From Candidatus Latescibacterota bacterium (GTDB lineage Bacteria; Latescibacterota; UBA2968; UBA8231): a DNA stretch of 64,000 bases. The notes under the pieces are model-generated. The model saw only the letters and a list, made by a program, of their open reading frames with translations. It did not search any database and was not told where the DNA came from. The first letter of the stretch is position 1. Every line of letters begins with the position of its first letter. Positions 19,654 to 29,673 of this stretch are shown one piece after another. The translations under genes were made by a program, and so were the position numbers. The DNA is taken from contig CBDCDC010000002.1 in the NCBI GenBank assembly GCA_965215195.1, positions 3,872,001-3,936,000 of the forward strand, given 5' to 3'.

Positions 19654-21642
19654 ATGGTCGCATTCAGAGGCTTTTGCGCCGCGCTATTGTTGGCCGCCAG
19701 TAGTGCCCCGGTCGCGGGATTGACCGTCTATCGGCTGGGCGGCGAGGGCTTGCCGCCGCCGCCCGAGGTGGCCAGCGGGGAAGCCGATTTCGTCCAATTT
19801 AGCTGGGCCGAACTCGACCCCGACTTGCAGGGCGCAAGCGAATCCCTCGCGATTGCCCCCGACGGTATTGCCCCTTTGTTCTTCCCCGCCGATTTCAATA
19901 TCGCGCCGACGGTCGAGGATCGCGGCGGCTACCTACATACCCAGGGCTTTCAGGCTTGGATCGAAACCGATGACACTAGCTTGGTAAATGACGGCGATCC
20001 TGCGACGGCCTATTACGAAGAGAAGGGATCCAATCGGGTGAACGTGGGGGATGACTTGCGGTTCGGCAAAACCTTATTGTTCGACCTCGGCGGCTTGTTT
20101 GCGGTAGATCGCATCCGCTTTTCCACGCGCGCTGGCAACGAAGACAATTACATCGAGCTGTTCCACGTGTGGACCAATACCCTGACGACTGAAGAAGCCG
20201 GGATCAGCAGCGTCGACCTCTGCACGGCCGGGAGGACGGACAACTGTTTGAGCTTCATCAACCGGGCCCACCGCGACATCTACAACCGCAAAGACATGTA
20301 CTTCGACGCCCTGTTGGAGGTCAAAGAAAACACCCGCTCCACCGTAGAAGTGGAACTCACCGGCGAATACATCCGTCGCGTGGCACTATTCGTGCCGTCG
20401 CAGCCGACTCGCGACTGGGAGATTGCCGAATTCGAGATCTTCGCGCCCGGCTATGTGCCCAATGCCTCGTACCTGTCCAACATCCTCGATCTCGGCAAAG
20501 AGGTCTCGCTGGGTGAGCTGCGCTGGTCGGGGCACAAGGACGCGGCCGCCGCGGTCAACATCCGCAGCCAGAGCGGCAGCGATGTCGATCCCAATATATA
20601 CTGGCGCCATACGTTCCGCGGCGACGAGCAAGTCAGGTACGACGCCAAGGGCAAGCCGCTAACCCTGCGCACCTACGGACGCTTGGAAATTTCCGAGCGC
20701 GGCAAGATCACCCGCGATGCAGAAAACTGGGATTTCTGGTCGACGACCTATGATTTTAGCGATAGCAGCGGGACGCGCTGGTCGGCGACCAAGCCGCGGC
20801 GCTATGTGCAGTTTGAGTTGGATTTTCAATCGAATATCGCCGCGGGCAGCCGGATGGATTACGTGGAGTTCACCGCGTCCCCGCCGGCCGTCACCGCGCT
20901 GGTCGGCGAGATTGACCCTTGGCAGGTCGAGACGGCCGCGGTGACCCAGTTCACTTACGCCATCCGGCCTACCATTGGACTTGACGACCCGGGGTTTGAC
21001 CACGTGGAGATCGCGGCTAACGGCGGGCGTTTAGTGAGCATCGACGGTGTGCGGATCGGGGGCGAGGCCGTGGCTTTTGAGCGAGTTGAAGAAGGGGCCG
21101 AGCGGCTAGTGGTGGGCGTACCTAAGCTGAACGTGGACCACACCGAAGAGGTGGTGGAAGTGGATTTCAGCGGCGAGATCTTTCGCTACGGAGCGACCTT
21201 TGCCGGTCGCGTGTTCGACAGCCAAACCCCGCAGGAGATTTGGCAGCCGGTGCAGCCCGGCGACGCCACGGCGCTCAGGGACGGCAACACCCTTTCGGTG
21301 CAGGCTCTTGCGCTAGGCTCCCGGGTTCTCGGTGCGCTAGACCTAGCCGGGGGCGTTTTTACGCCCAACGGCGACGGCGTCAACGACAGGTTGGACATTG
21401 CCTATGAGCTGCTCAAACTGGTGGCACCGACCCCGGTGGTGGTGCAGGTGCGGGATGTGGCCGGCGGATTGGTGCGCGAGGTGTACCATGGTCTCGACGC
21501 AGCCGGTCGCCACCGGCGGCCGTGGGACGGCTTGGACGGGCACGGGCAGCGGGTGGCCCCCGGCGTTTACATTTGCCGCGTCGAGGTCGCCACCGAGGAG
21601 GGCCGGCGGCAGCGCGCAGGGGTGATAGCGGTCACCTATTAA
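19654..21642 (+). CDS. Secreted protein with a discoidin/F5-8-like region and C-terminal FlgD-Ig domain (paralogue 1)
   Basis: Signal peptide, DGDPATAY, FDLGGLFAVDRIRF, IAEFEIF..GYVPNASYLSNILDLG, and tail FTPNGDGVND...WDGLD..GQRVAPGVY. Confidence 0.8.
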   Translation: MVAFRGFCAALLLAASSAPVAGLTVYRLGGEGLPPPPEVASGEADFVQFSWAELDPDLQGASESLAIAPDGIAPLFFPADFNIAPTVEDRGGYLHTQGFQAWIETDDTSLVNDGDPATAYYEEKGSNRVNVGDDLRFGKTLLFDLGGLFAVDRIRFSTRAGNEDNYIELFHVWTNTLTTEEAGISSVDLCTAGRTDNCLSFINRAHRDIYNRKDMYFDALLEVKENTRSTVEVELTGEYIRRVALFVPSQPTRDWEIAEFEIFAPGYVPNASYLSNILDLGKEVSLGELRWSGHKDAAAAVNIRSQSGSDVDPNIYWRHTFRGDEQVRYDAKGKPLTLRTYGRLEISERGKITRDAENWDFWSTTYDFSDSSGTRWSATKPRRYVQFELDFQSNIAAGSRMDYVEFTASPPAVTALVGEIDPWQVETAAVTQFTYAIRPTIGLDDPGFDHVEIAANGGRLVSIDGVRIGGEAVAFERVEEGAERLVVGVPKLNVDHTEEVVEVDFSGEIFRYGATFAGRVFDSQTPQEIWQPVQPGDATALRDGNTLSVQALALGSRVLGALDLAGGVFTPNGDGVNDRLDIAYELLKLVAPTPVVVQVRDVAGGLVREVYHGLDAAGRHRRPWDGLDGHGQRVAPGVYICRVEVATEEGRRQRAGVIAVTY

Positions 21643-21711
21643 AATAATTGCAAATTGCGAATTAGCAGCGCACAGGGGTCGTTAGTTCAGCAGCGTTCAG
21701 GAGAATTGGCT

Positions 21712-24279
21712 ATGGTCAGCGGAAAGTGCATACTGGCGCTGGGGTTGGGTCTGGGGTTGTGGGGGTTGGTGGGGGCGCAGAATCACGCCCTGCGCTCCGA
21801 CCACGTCGTCGTAAACACCCAACGGCACTGGAGTAACTGGGCCTTCGTCGAGGGGACGCTGGCTATCTCCGCTAGCGGGGAGCTCGCTCCAGCCTTCGTG
21901 CCCAAGGACCACAACGCCGTAACGGACATTGGCCAACACCTGCGGCGCATCGCCGATGACGCGACCATCCTCGACGCGATCGAAGCCGGTTCCAACGAGG
22001 CGGCGGTCGCCAACCTCTTCGATGGCGACGAAACGACCTATTGGGAGCCAGACCCGGACAGCCCGCTGCGGGACTGGTGGTTTCAAGTTGATATGGGCCG
22101 GTTGATCAATGCCACGCGCGTTGGGTTGCAATTTGCGCCCGAGGGGCAGGGCGATCCCTTTTTGCAGTTCGCAGTGCTGACGGCCGACAACGCCGATCAG
22201 GGCAACAAGATAGCGGGCAAGGTGCCCATGCACTTGGTGTACCGCACCCCAAGCGACAACAAAAACCAGCGCGAGTTCGAGTTCGACCTGAAGCGCGGGG
22301 AGCTAATCAACCCGGTCCCCGGGGTGGATTTCCAAGGCGATATGGTGCGCTTGGTGCAAGTCGTGGTCACCGAAAGCGATGGCGCACGCGCCGTTGAGGT
22401 GTCGGCCGAAGAATACGCGGCCTTGGCAAGCCAAGATCAGGGGGACGTGGTTTTCTACAAGCAAGTGGGGGAGGGAGAAGTAGAGGTCGAAGAGGCGATC
22501 TACGAGGCGATTGACCCGCAATTGCGCGGCGCGGTGCGCCATTACCGGCGAGAGCGGCCGCGCTTGGCCGAATTGGCCGTCTATGAATTGGGCAAGAACA
22601 TTTCGCAGGGCATGATCCTAGATCGCAATGGCAGCGCCGAAAGCTCCCACGAAGGGTCGGTGGGCAACCTAGTGGACGGGGAAGGCACCTATCTGACCTT
22701 CAATCTCAAAGCCTTTCAGACCGGGAACGTGGCATTCGGCGAGCGCTTTCTGGAGTTCGACTTGGGCGCTTCCTACTGGCTCGACACCGTGCAACTGTGG
22801 TACAACCTCAGCGTGGCGGGCGGGCGGCTGGCCGGAGCCAGTTTCCACCGCTACGAAATCAAGACTTCGGACGGCACCCCGGCCCCGGGCGGCGGGCGGC
22901 TGTGGGCGACGCCCGCACAGGTCCGCGGCCTAGGCACGGCGCATGAAGTCAACACCTTCGAGCCGACGCCGGCCCGCTTTGTGCGCATAGCCTATCCCTT
23001 TGCCAGCAGCGAATCGGGCCGCGAGGGGAATAAAGCGCGCCTCCGAGAAGTGCAGATCTACGGCGAAGGACACCATCCCGAGGTGGCGCTGGAGTCGGGA
23101 TTGATCCCATTGCAAGGGGCCAAGAGCTTGGTGTCCATCGAATGGGAGGCGGACGCGCCCCCGGGCACGTCCGTGCAAATCCAGACCCGCACCGGCAATG
23201 AGGTCGCCGAAGCGTACCGCTACTACGACAGCGGCGGCGTGGAAGTCTCGGCCGGCAAATACGAGAAGTTGGGCTTTTTCAAAAAGGGCCGGATCGACAC
23301 CCTGCAGGTGGCCGGCTCGGACTGGAGCAACTGGAGCGCGCCCTACGCGCGTTCCGGCGACCCCATTGCTTCGCCCAGCCCGCGTCAATACCTGACCTTG
23401 CGCGCCCGGCTTTCTACCACAGACCCAACGCACGCCGCCAGACTGCGCTCCATTCGCTTGAACTTCAATCCGCCAGTAGCCAAACAACTGCTAGGCGAAC
23501 TGGATATAGGGGTCTTTGCGCGCTTGGGTGCGCCGCAGGAGGTTGCGCTGTTTGTCAAGCCGATCTTCGCGCCGCAGGATTTGGGCTTTGACGAGGTACT
23601 GGTGCGCACCCCGCCGGATATGTCGCTCGAATTCGGCGCGCTGCGCTTGGGCAGCTTGGCGCAGTGGGAAAGCGGCCAAGCCGAAGAGTTGGCCGATGTG
23701 CAGGTGGTGGAGACGCGCTCGGACTCGCTCTATTTGCGCCTCAACCGGCTGGTACAGCAGGGCGGGCAGGTCGAGCTGATGGAGGTGCGGTTTACGACGG
23801 CCCTGTTTTCCCCCGGGGTGGTGCTCCAAGCGGCCCTGGGCAATTCGTCGTTGGCCAACTCGTGGCAACAGGTCGATCCCGCAGACGTGACCGAATTGGC
23901 CCAGAGTCAGGGGTTGCAGATCCTCGCTTCGGTGCAGGACAACAACGTGCTCGGCGACATAAGCGTCCAGCCAGCGGTAGTGACGCCCAACGGCGACGGG
24001 GTCAACGACGCCCTGACCATTGATTTTACCGTGCGTCGGCTGAGCGGCGTGCGCCCGGTCAAAGTGCGGCTCTACGACCTAGGCGGTCGGCTGGTGCGCC
24101 GACTCGATGCCCAGAAGCCCCTAGTGGCCGGAAAATACGCGCTCAACTGGGCAGCCGATGACCAGCAAGGACGGGTGGTGCCGCCCGGGATTTACATCTT
24201 GCGCATCGACATTGACGCGGATTCGCACCGCGGCGTGCGGCAAACGGGCGTTCAGCGCCTGCTGCACGTGGCGTATTGA
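21712..24279 (+). CDS. Secreted protein with discoidin/F5-8-like regions and C-terminal FlgD-Ig domain (paralogue 2)
   Basis: Signal peptide, NLFDGDETTYWEP, FDLGASYWLD, WSNWSAPY..SPSPRQY, and tail TPNGDGVND...YDLGGRLVR...PPGIY. Confidence 0.8.
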   Translation: MVSGKCILALGLGLGLWGLVGAQNHALRSDHVVVNTQRHWSNWAFVEGTLAISASGELAPAFVPKDHNAVTDIGQHLRRIADDATILDAIEAGSNEAAVANLFDGDETTYWEPDPDSPLRDWWFQVDMGRLINATRVGLQFAPEGQGDPFLQFAVLTADNADQGNKIAGKVPMHLVYRTPSDNKNQREFEFDLKRGELINPVPGVDFQGDMVRLVQVVVTESDGARAVEVSAEEYAALASQDQGDVVFYKQVGEGEVEVEEAIYEAIDPQLRGAVRHYRRERPRLAELAVYELGKNISQGMILDRNGSAESSHEGSVGNLVDGEGTYLTFNLKAFQTGNVAFGERFLEFDLGASYWLDTVQLWYNLSVAGGRLAGASFHRYEIKTSDGTPAPGGGRLWATPAQVRGLGTAHEVNTFEPTPARFVRIAYPFASSESGREGNKARLREVQIYGEGHHPEVALESGLIPLQGAKSLVSIEWEADAPPGTSVQIQTRTGNEVAEAYRYYDSGGVEVSAGKYEKLGFFKKGRIDTLQVAGSDWSNWSAPYARSGDPIASPSPRQYLTLRARLSTTDPTHAARLRSIRLNFNPPVAKQLLGELDIGVFARLGAPQEVALFVKPIFAPQDLGFDEVLVRTPPDMSLEFGALRLGSLAQWESGQAEELADVQVVETRSDSLYLRLNRLVQQGGQVELMEVRFTTALFSPGVVLQAALGNSSLANSWQQVDPADVTELAQSQGLQILASVQDNNVLGDISVQPAVVTPNGDGVNDALTIDFTVRRLSGVRPVKVRLYDLGGRLVRRLDAQKPLVAGKYALNWAADDQQGRVVPPGIYILRIDIDADSHRGVRQTGVQRLLHVAY

Positions 24280-24298
24280 GCAGAGGAGCTAGTCGGCT

Positions 24299-26482
24299 GT
24301 GTTGAATCCGCGTGCGAAGGCGCTGGTGCTGGTATTGTTGGCGGTGCAAAATCTAGGGGCGGAACGCCGCGCCATTGTCTTGGGCGGCGAGGACGGGTTG
24401 GCGTGGGCGAGCGGCGGCGGGACTGTCGCGGCCTTAATACAAACCGACCCGACCGAGGTTGAGGTTAGCAATACCCCGGGCAATGTGCTCGAGTTTGACG
24501 CCGACGGCCGGGTGGGCTGGATGTCGCCGCAACGGGCGGATGAGACCGCGAATATCGCCTTGGGCCTCCTCGACCGCGGCGGTCGCCTCGGCGCACCGAC
24601 CATATTGTCGCAGGTCATAAAAGACCAGCTAATTTTTATGATCGACGACGACCCCACGACCGCGTTTGAGCGCAAGACAGCGCGCGGGGCGAGTCAGGTC
24701 AACTCGCTTGGGGTCATCATGGATTTCGACCTCGGTGCGCGGTTCGGGGTTGAGCGCATCCAGTTTTTCCCCCGCAACGCACATCCCGATTTTCTCGCCC
24801 CGGACTTCCCGTTCCAAAACGATTTTCTGCGGGGCTTTGAACTGCTGCTCAACGACGGCAGCGAAGAAACGCAGGTGGCCAATCAGCCGGTGCTGACCAC
24901 GGTTGAACTGGAGCCGGAAAACGAAGAGCCGGTCGTCGAACTGACCATCCCGCCGCAATACGTCCGCTATATCCGCCTGAAATCCCAGACCACCGTGGGG
25001 TTTGAGATTGCCGAATTCCGCGTCTTTGGGTCCGGTTTTGTGCCCCGCGCCGACTACCTTTCCAACATCTTCGACTTTGGCGAGGAACTAGCCCTGTGGG
25101 GGCGCATTCGCTGGGAGGAGGAGCACTTCGGCGTCGAACGCCTGTCGCGCTTGCTGATCAGTTCGCGCAGCGGCTGGGACGACACGCCGTTGGAATTCAC
25201 CCGTCAGCATCCAGACAGCGGGGAGGACGTGCCGTGGCGGGCGGGCGCGGTCGCGACCACGGCGACCGGCGATGCGGTTGACCTAGACGCCGTGGACGAT
25301 GTCCAAGAAGCGCTCGACCTCTTCAACGCCCTGCCCGTGGACGAGCGCAACCGGGTCGCGCTGACGCAGGACGAGTACGACGATTTGAAGAGTTCGGACA
25401 AAGGCGACGTGCGCGCCGACTTAGTCGCTTGGAGCCGCTGGTCGCCGCCGTATAAACTAACTGCGGGTGCTATAAACGACGATCAATTGGGCGCGCCCAT
25501 CCTCTCGCCCGGCCCCCGCCGCTACTTTCAGTTGAAGGCCGAATTCGCCAGCGAGGATTTGCAATCCGCCCGCGCCTTGGGGCCCCTCGCCTTTACGGTA
25601 TCGAACCCGCCGCTGACGGAGCGGATCATCAGCGAGGTCGTCCCGCGCCAAGTCGAACTGGGCGTTCCGGTGTCGTTCACCTATGCCGTCCTGCCGACCA
25701 AGATGCGCCGCGGCGTAGATTTGGGTTTCGACGTGTTCGAGATTGCCACGCCCGTGCGCGCCGCAGCGGTCGAGACCATTGAGGTGGTCCACGCCGATGG
25801 CCGAGTGCAAACGGCGGATTTCACCGGCATCGCCCTGACCGATTTGCCCGTCCAAGACGCCAGCGGCCTCTTTGCCGTAGAATCGGTGACCGAGCGGCAC
25901 CTGCGGGTGCGCTTTCCCACCATCGCGGAAAGCGATTTGACCGCCGGCCGGGCCGCCGTGCTCAAAATCCGCTTCAAGTGCCGAGTGCTGAGATTTGGCA
26001 CGACCTTTAGCGGCACCGCTTGGAACAGCACGACCGACGACCTCGGCCAGCGGGTCATCGGCGGCAATGCGGCCGATCTGGGGGCCGCGGACGACGATTT
26101 AATCCCCATCGGGGCGGCCGACCCGAATGACCTAGCGGTAAAAGTGCCGCTGGCCGGTGGCCGCCTCCTGATCAACGTCGCGGCCCAACCGCGGGTGTTC
26201 AGTCCCAACAAAGATGGGGTCAACGACGAGACGCGGATACACTGCGATCTGGTGCGGTTGGTCGATGCCGCGCCGCTTACCGTGCGCGTGTTCGATCTGG
26301 CCGGACACCGCGTCCGCACGCTCTTTGCCGGCGCACAAGGCGGCGGGAGTTTTTCCGCGCAGTGGGACGGCACGAATGCGGCGGGACAACAGGTGCCCCC
26401 GGGCATCTACCTCTTCCGCGTCAACTTGGCCACCGATGCCAAACGGGAAGCGGTCGTAGGTATCGTCGAGGTAGTTTATTAG
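24299..26482 (+). CDS. Secreted protein with a discoidin/F5-8-like region and C-terminal FlgD-Ig domain (paralogue 3)
   Basis: Signal peptide, IDDDPTTAF, FDLGARFGVERIQF, IAEFRVFGSGFVPRADYLSNIFDFG, WSRWSPPY..SPGPRRY, and tail FSPNKDGVND...WDGTN..PPGIY. Confidence 0.8.
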   Translation: MLNPRAKALVLVLLAVQNLGAERRAIVLGGEDGLAWASGGGTVAALIQTDPTEVEVSNTPGNVLEFDADGRVGWMSPQRADETANIALGLLDRGGRLGAPTILSQVIKDQLIFMIDDDPTTAFERKTARGASQVNSLGVIMDFDLGARFGVERIQFFPRNAHPDFLAPDFPFQNDFLRGFELLLNDGSEETQVANQPVLTTVELEPENEEPVVELTIPPQYVRYIRLKSQTTVGFEIAEFRVFGSGFVPRADYLSNIFDFGEELALWGRIRWEEEHFGVERLSRLLISSRSGWDDTPLEFTRQHPDSGEDVPWRAGAVATTATGDAVDLDAVDDVQEALDLFNALPVDERNRVALTQDEYDDLKSSDKGDVRADLVAWSRWSPPYKLTAGAINDDQLGAPILSPGPRRYFQLKAEFASEDLQSARALGPLAFTVSNPPLTERIISEVVPRQVELGVPVSFTYAVLPTKMRRGVDLGFDVFEIATPVRAAAVETIEVVHADGRVQTADFTGIALTDLPVQDASGLFAVESVTERHLRVRFPTIAESDLTAGRAAVLKIRFKCRVLRFGTTFSGTAWNSTTDDLGQRVIGGNAADLGAADDDLIPIGAADPNDLAVKVPLAGGRLLINVAAQPRVFSPNKDGVNDETRIHCDLVRLVDAAPLTVRVFDLAGHRVRTLFAGAQGGGSFSAQWDGTNAAGQQVPPGIYLFRVNLATDAKREAVVGIVEVVY

Positions 26483-26490
26483 CGGATGGC

Positions 26491-26642
26491 CTTAGTACAC
26501 GACACCTAAAGTAGGCGACCCTTATTTTGAGTACGCCTTTTCTGCGGTTTCCGCTGGGTGCGGGATCGAGGGCGTCCCGCCCTCGACGAGGGCAAGATGC
26601 CCTCGATCCTTGGCAGGCTGAGGGCTGGTGGCGTGTAGTAAG
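26491..26642. mobile_element. MITE copy 3 (152 bp)
   Basis: CTTAGTACACGAC...GGCGTGTAGTAAG, flanked by the 9-bp direct repeat GCGGATGGC (26482-26490 and 26643-26651). Confidence 0.9.
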
Positions 26643-26650
26643 GCGGATGG

Positions 26651-26870
26651 CTTACTACACGACCCCCGCGACCCCCTGATTTCCTTTGGGAGCTGGATGA
26701 TGAACCATACTAACGTCGACCCCTTGGTTGACGAAGTGCGTAATGTGCGCAAGGCGATCTCTGAGACGTTTGACCAGTTGATAAGTTGTGTGACTACTTT
26801 CAGCATCAAGAGCGGGTCGTCAAGCCAGTACGGGGCCTTCTCGGAGGCGTCCGGCAGGGAAGAAGTGAGG
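26651..26870 (+). pseudogene. Orphan MITE end followed by a frameshifted small antitoxin-like gene remnant
   Basis: CTTACTACACGAC at 26651. Then MMNHTNVDPLVDEVRNVRKAISETFD, continuing in a shifted frame as VDKLCDYFQHQERVV, like small 'DPIVDEVR' proteins of TA loci. Confidence 0.45.
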
Positions 26871-26880
26871 GAGGATTTTG

Positions 26881-29673
26881 ATGGGCAGAACTAGGGGGAT
26901 ACTCGCGTGGTTGGTCCTCTTGGCATTGGTGTTGCCGGCGACCGCGGCGACCGGCCAGTCGCCGGACCGTCGTTTTGGGACCCAGCGCGGGGCGCAACTC
27001 ACCTTTGAGCCTCGCGGGCCGGGCGTCCTCTTCGATGCGCTCGATCCGGCGCTCAAGAAATGGTACGTGCCGCAGGAGCTATACGTGGATTACGGCTTTC
27101 GCCAGTGGGAGTACTCGAATTACGCCAGAGACCTGTACCAGCGCTACGTCAACACCAACCGCCAGGGCGGGCCGTTTTACGACTTGTACGGGAACTACCA
27201 GACTTGGGGCTGGCTGATTTTCGACTGGAACCAGACCCAACCGGGCCAATTCGGTTCGTCCATATACAAAGACCCCAAGTTCAATTCGTGGTTCAACGCG
27301 GTCACGGTCTCTTCCGATTCGCGCGATCAGTATTACTTGGCAATAACCATTGGCGAGCGCATCCGCACCGCCCTGACCCCGCTGACCTTTTCAAAGCCGC
27401 GTTTTAACGGCATCCAGATGGACTTTGCCGCGGACAAATACGAGGCCACGCTGTTGTTCTCCCGCGCCAGTGAGGCCATCCTCGGCACCACCCCCGAGCG
27501 CCAGCCCAGCGTCTCGACCAACGCGACCAATATGATGGGGGGCCGGGCCACGGCGCAGGTGGGGGATTTTGTCAAGATCGGCGCGACCATGGTAAACGCC
27601 CACAATGCGCAGACCTTGGCCGAGGCGTTTGAACGCAACCCGTTCATCGGCACCTTGGGCGCCGAGCAGGGCAGCGACCCAATCCGGGCCATCGCCGTGG
27701 TCCTGAGCGACGACTCCCCGGAAGACGGCCAAGGCGGCGCAGCCCTGTTTGCCCACGACATCATCATTACGGCCGAGGATTTCGACACCAAGAAGCGCAC
27801 GAAATTCCGCTTGCGCGAGGTGGTGGCCGATCCGACCAAGTGGCCGGTGATTACCGGCGGCTTCCCGCGCGAGGGTTTTTTGGCGGCCGACGGCGAGGAG
27901 CAGATCGTCATCAACTACGACTTCACGGACTTGGCGTATATTGGCCCGCGGCCGACCGAGATCGTCGATATCCAGTTCGATATAGTGGTGGCCAACGACT
28001 ACAAGATCCAGGTGTGGTCGGACCGCCAGATCGGGCGCGGCAGCCTGCCCAGCCCGCCGCTTACGGGCTTGGACTTGGCGCAAGCGGGGGCCGTGCTCTT
28101 TGACGTCCGCAGCGCCGCTGGCAATGTGACGGACAATTCAAACCAGCAGCGCGTCGTCTTCGACTACGGGCTGCCATCGGCGAACATGGTGTTTGGGTTT
28201 ACGATGGAAGTGTTGCAGCTAATGGGATTTGACGCCTATGCCGAGTACGACATCAATCGCGCCTACCTCCAGTACCCCAACCTCACGCTCGCCAACGCCG
28301 ATCGCAACCTGAGTACCCACGCGCGCGACGCGGCCGCTTGGATGATCAACGTTTCCAAACAGGCGTATCCGTTCTTCTTGTTCGGCGAAGCCTTCAGCAT
28401 GGATCCTTCCTACTCGACGACCGCGTTTATCGTGGATTCGGGCGGCAGCATCTACTACGACGACGAGCGCACTTCGGTCTATGAGTTCGTCGATGACAAC
28501 GACGACCAAGATCGCACGCCCGATTGGAGCCGCTGGGGCCAAGGCGGCCCGGACGCGATCGTCTTCCCAGGTTGGGACGAAAACAACGACTTTGTCTCGG
28601 ACTTCAACCAAAACGACAATATCTCCCTGAGCAATCGCATCCCGGATTACGAGGAGCCGTTTTTCCGCTACAACGTCGATCGGCCGGAATTCCTCTTTGG
28701 CGTTGACCTCAACAACAACAATTGGATCGACCGCTTTGAAAACGACGACTTGCCCGACTATCCCTATCGCCGCGACCACCAGGGCTACAACATGTACGTC
28801 GGCCAACACCTGACGCCCCACGCCCGCTTGACGGTGGGACGACTGCGCGAGGACGAGATCTCCTCCAACCGCCGCAACCACGTGACGTACGGCGTCTTCA
28901 CCTACGACCGCGACCACCCGCAGTGGGGCCGCTTGCGGTTTTTCAATTTCCTGAAAAAGGTCGCGGACGATATCCCCGACATCCGCCGCGAGCCCACGCC
29001 AGACCTGCAGACGGTCTCGCTGGCCCACGTCGAGGACATCCTGCCGGCGAGGGACACTTGGGTCAACGACAGCTACGTGCAATTCGATTACGCGCCGGTC
29101 GACGAGTTGAATGTCATCAACAAATTCAAATACAGTCTCTTCAGCCAGCGCGGTCAGGCGTTCAAAAGCGGCGATGCGCCCATTCTCAATGAACGCACGC
29201 GGTTTGTGGGTTTGATCAACAAGGCGGATTACACCTACCAGATCGGCCAACTCGTGCTGCAACCCAAGGTGAAAAGCGAATACCTCAACCAGACGGCCTT
29301 TTTGCCGGCCGATCCCGACCGCAAGGAGTGGATGGGGATCGGCATTGTGCAGGCGCGGCTGCCGGTGCTGAACAACTCCTTCCTCGAAAGCGGAGTGGAG
29401 TATTCGCTTTTCCGCGAGCTGGTCTTGGACGAAGACGCGTTGCTGGCCGATGGCCCGACCCAAGACACGGGCGATTTCCGCAATTTGGTCTTGGCCGTGC
29501 AGTGGACCACCCTCGGGCACTATCTCGGCTACAAGCTCACCACCCAGTTCGGCATTAGCTATACCAAGCGGTGGGACGAGGCGGTGGTGTTGGGGGCCGA
29601 GGGCCTAGTGAAGCAGAGCGAGAGCCGCTCCTTCGGCACCAGCTTTATTTCGGTGTACGCTGGTGTAGAATGA
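26881..29673 (+). CDS. Large exported protein, probable outer-membrane beta-barrel with a D/N-rich insert (paralogue A)
   Basis: Signal peptide, many amphipathic aromatic strands, final strand SFISVYAGVE, and insert DDNDDQD/DENNDFVSDFNQNDN/DLNNNNWIDRFEND. Confidence 0.7.
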   Translation: MGRTRGILAWLVLLALVLPATAATGQSPDRRFGTQRGAQLTFEPRGPGVLFDALDPALKKWYVPQELYVDYGFRQWEYSNYARDLYQRYVNTNRQGGPFYDLYGNYQTWGWLIFDWNQTQPGQFGSSIYKDPKFNSWFNAVTVSSDSRDQYYLAITIGERIRTALTPLTFSKPRFNGIQMDFAADKYEATLLFSRASEAILGTTPERQPSVSTNATNMMGGRATAQVGDFVKIGATMVNAHNAQTLAEAFERNPFIGTLGAEQGSDPIRAIAVVLSDDSPEDGQGGAALFAHDIIITAEDFDTKKRTKFRLREVVADPTKWPVITGGFPREGFLAADGEEQIVINYDFTDLAYIGPRPTEIVDIQFDIVVANDYKIQVWSDRQIGRGSLPSPPLTGLDLAQAGAVLFDVRSAAGNVTDNSNQQRVVFDYGLPSANMVFGFTMEVLQLMGFDAYAEYDINRAYLQYPNLTLANADRNLSTHARDAAAWMINVSKQAYPFFLFGEAFSMDPSYSTTAFIVDSGGSIYYDDERTSVYEFVDDNDDQDRTPDWSRWGQGGPDAIVFPGWDENNDFVSDFNQNDNISLSNRIPDYEEPFFRYNVDRPEFLFGVDLNNNNWIDRFENDDLPDYPYRRDHQGYNMYVGQHLTPHARLTVGRLREDEISSNRRNHVTYGVFTYDRDHPQWGRLRFFNFLKKVADDIPDIRREPTPDLQTVSLAHVEDILPARDTWVNDSYVQFDYAPVDELNVINKFKYSLFSQRGQAFKSGDAPILNERTRFVGLINKADYTYQIGQLVLQPKVKSEYLNQTAFLPADPDRKEWMGIGIVQARLPVLNNSFLESGVEYSLFRELVLDEDALLADGPTQDTGDFRNLVLAVQWTTLGHYLGYKLTTQFGISYTKRWDEAVVLGAEGLVKQSESRSFGTSFISVYAGVE

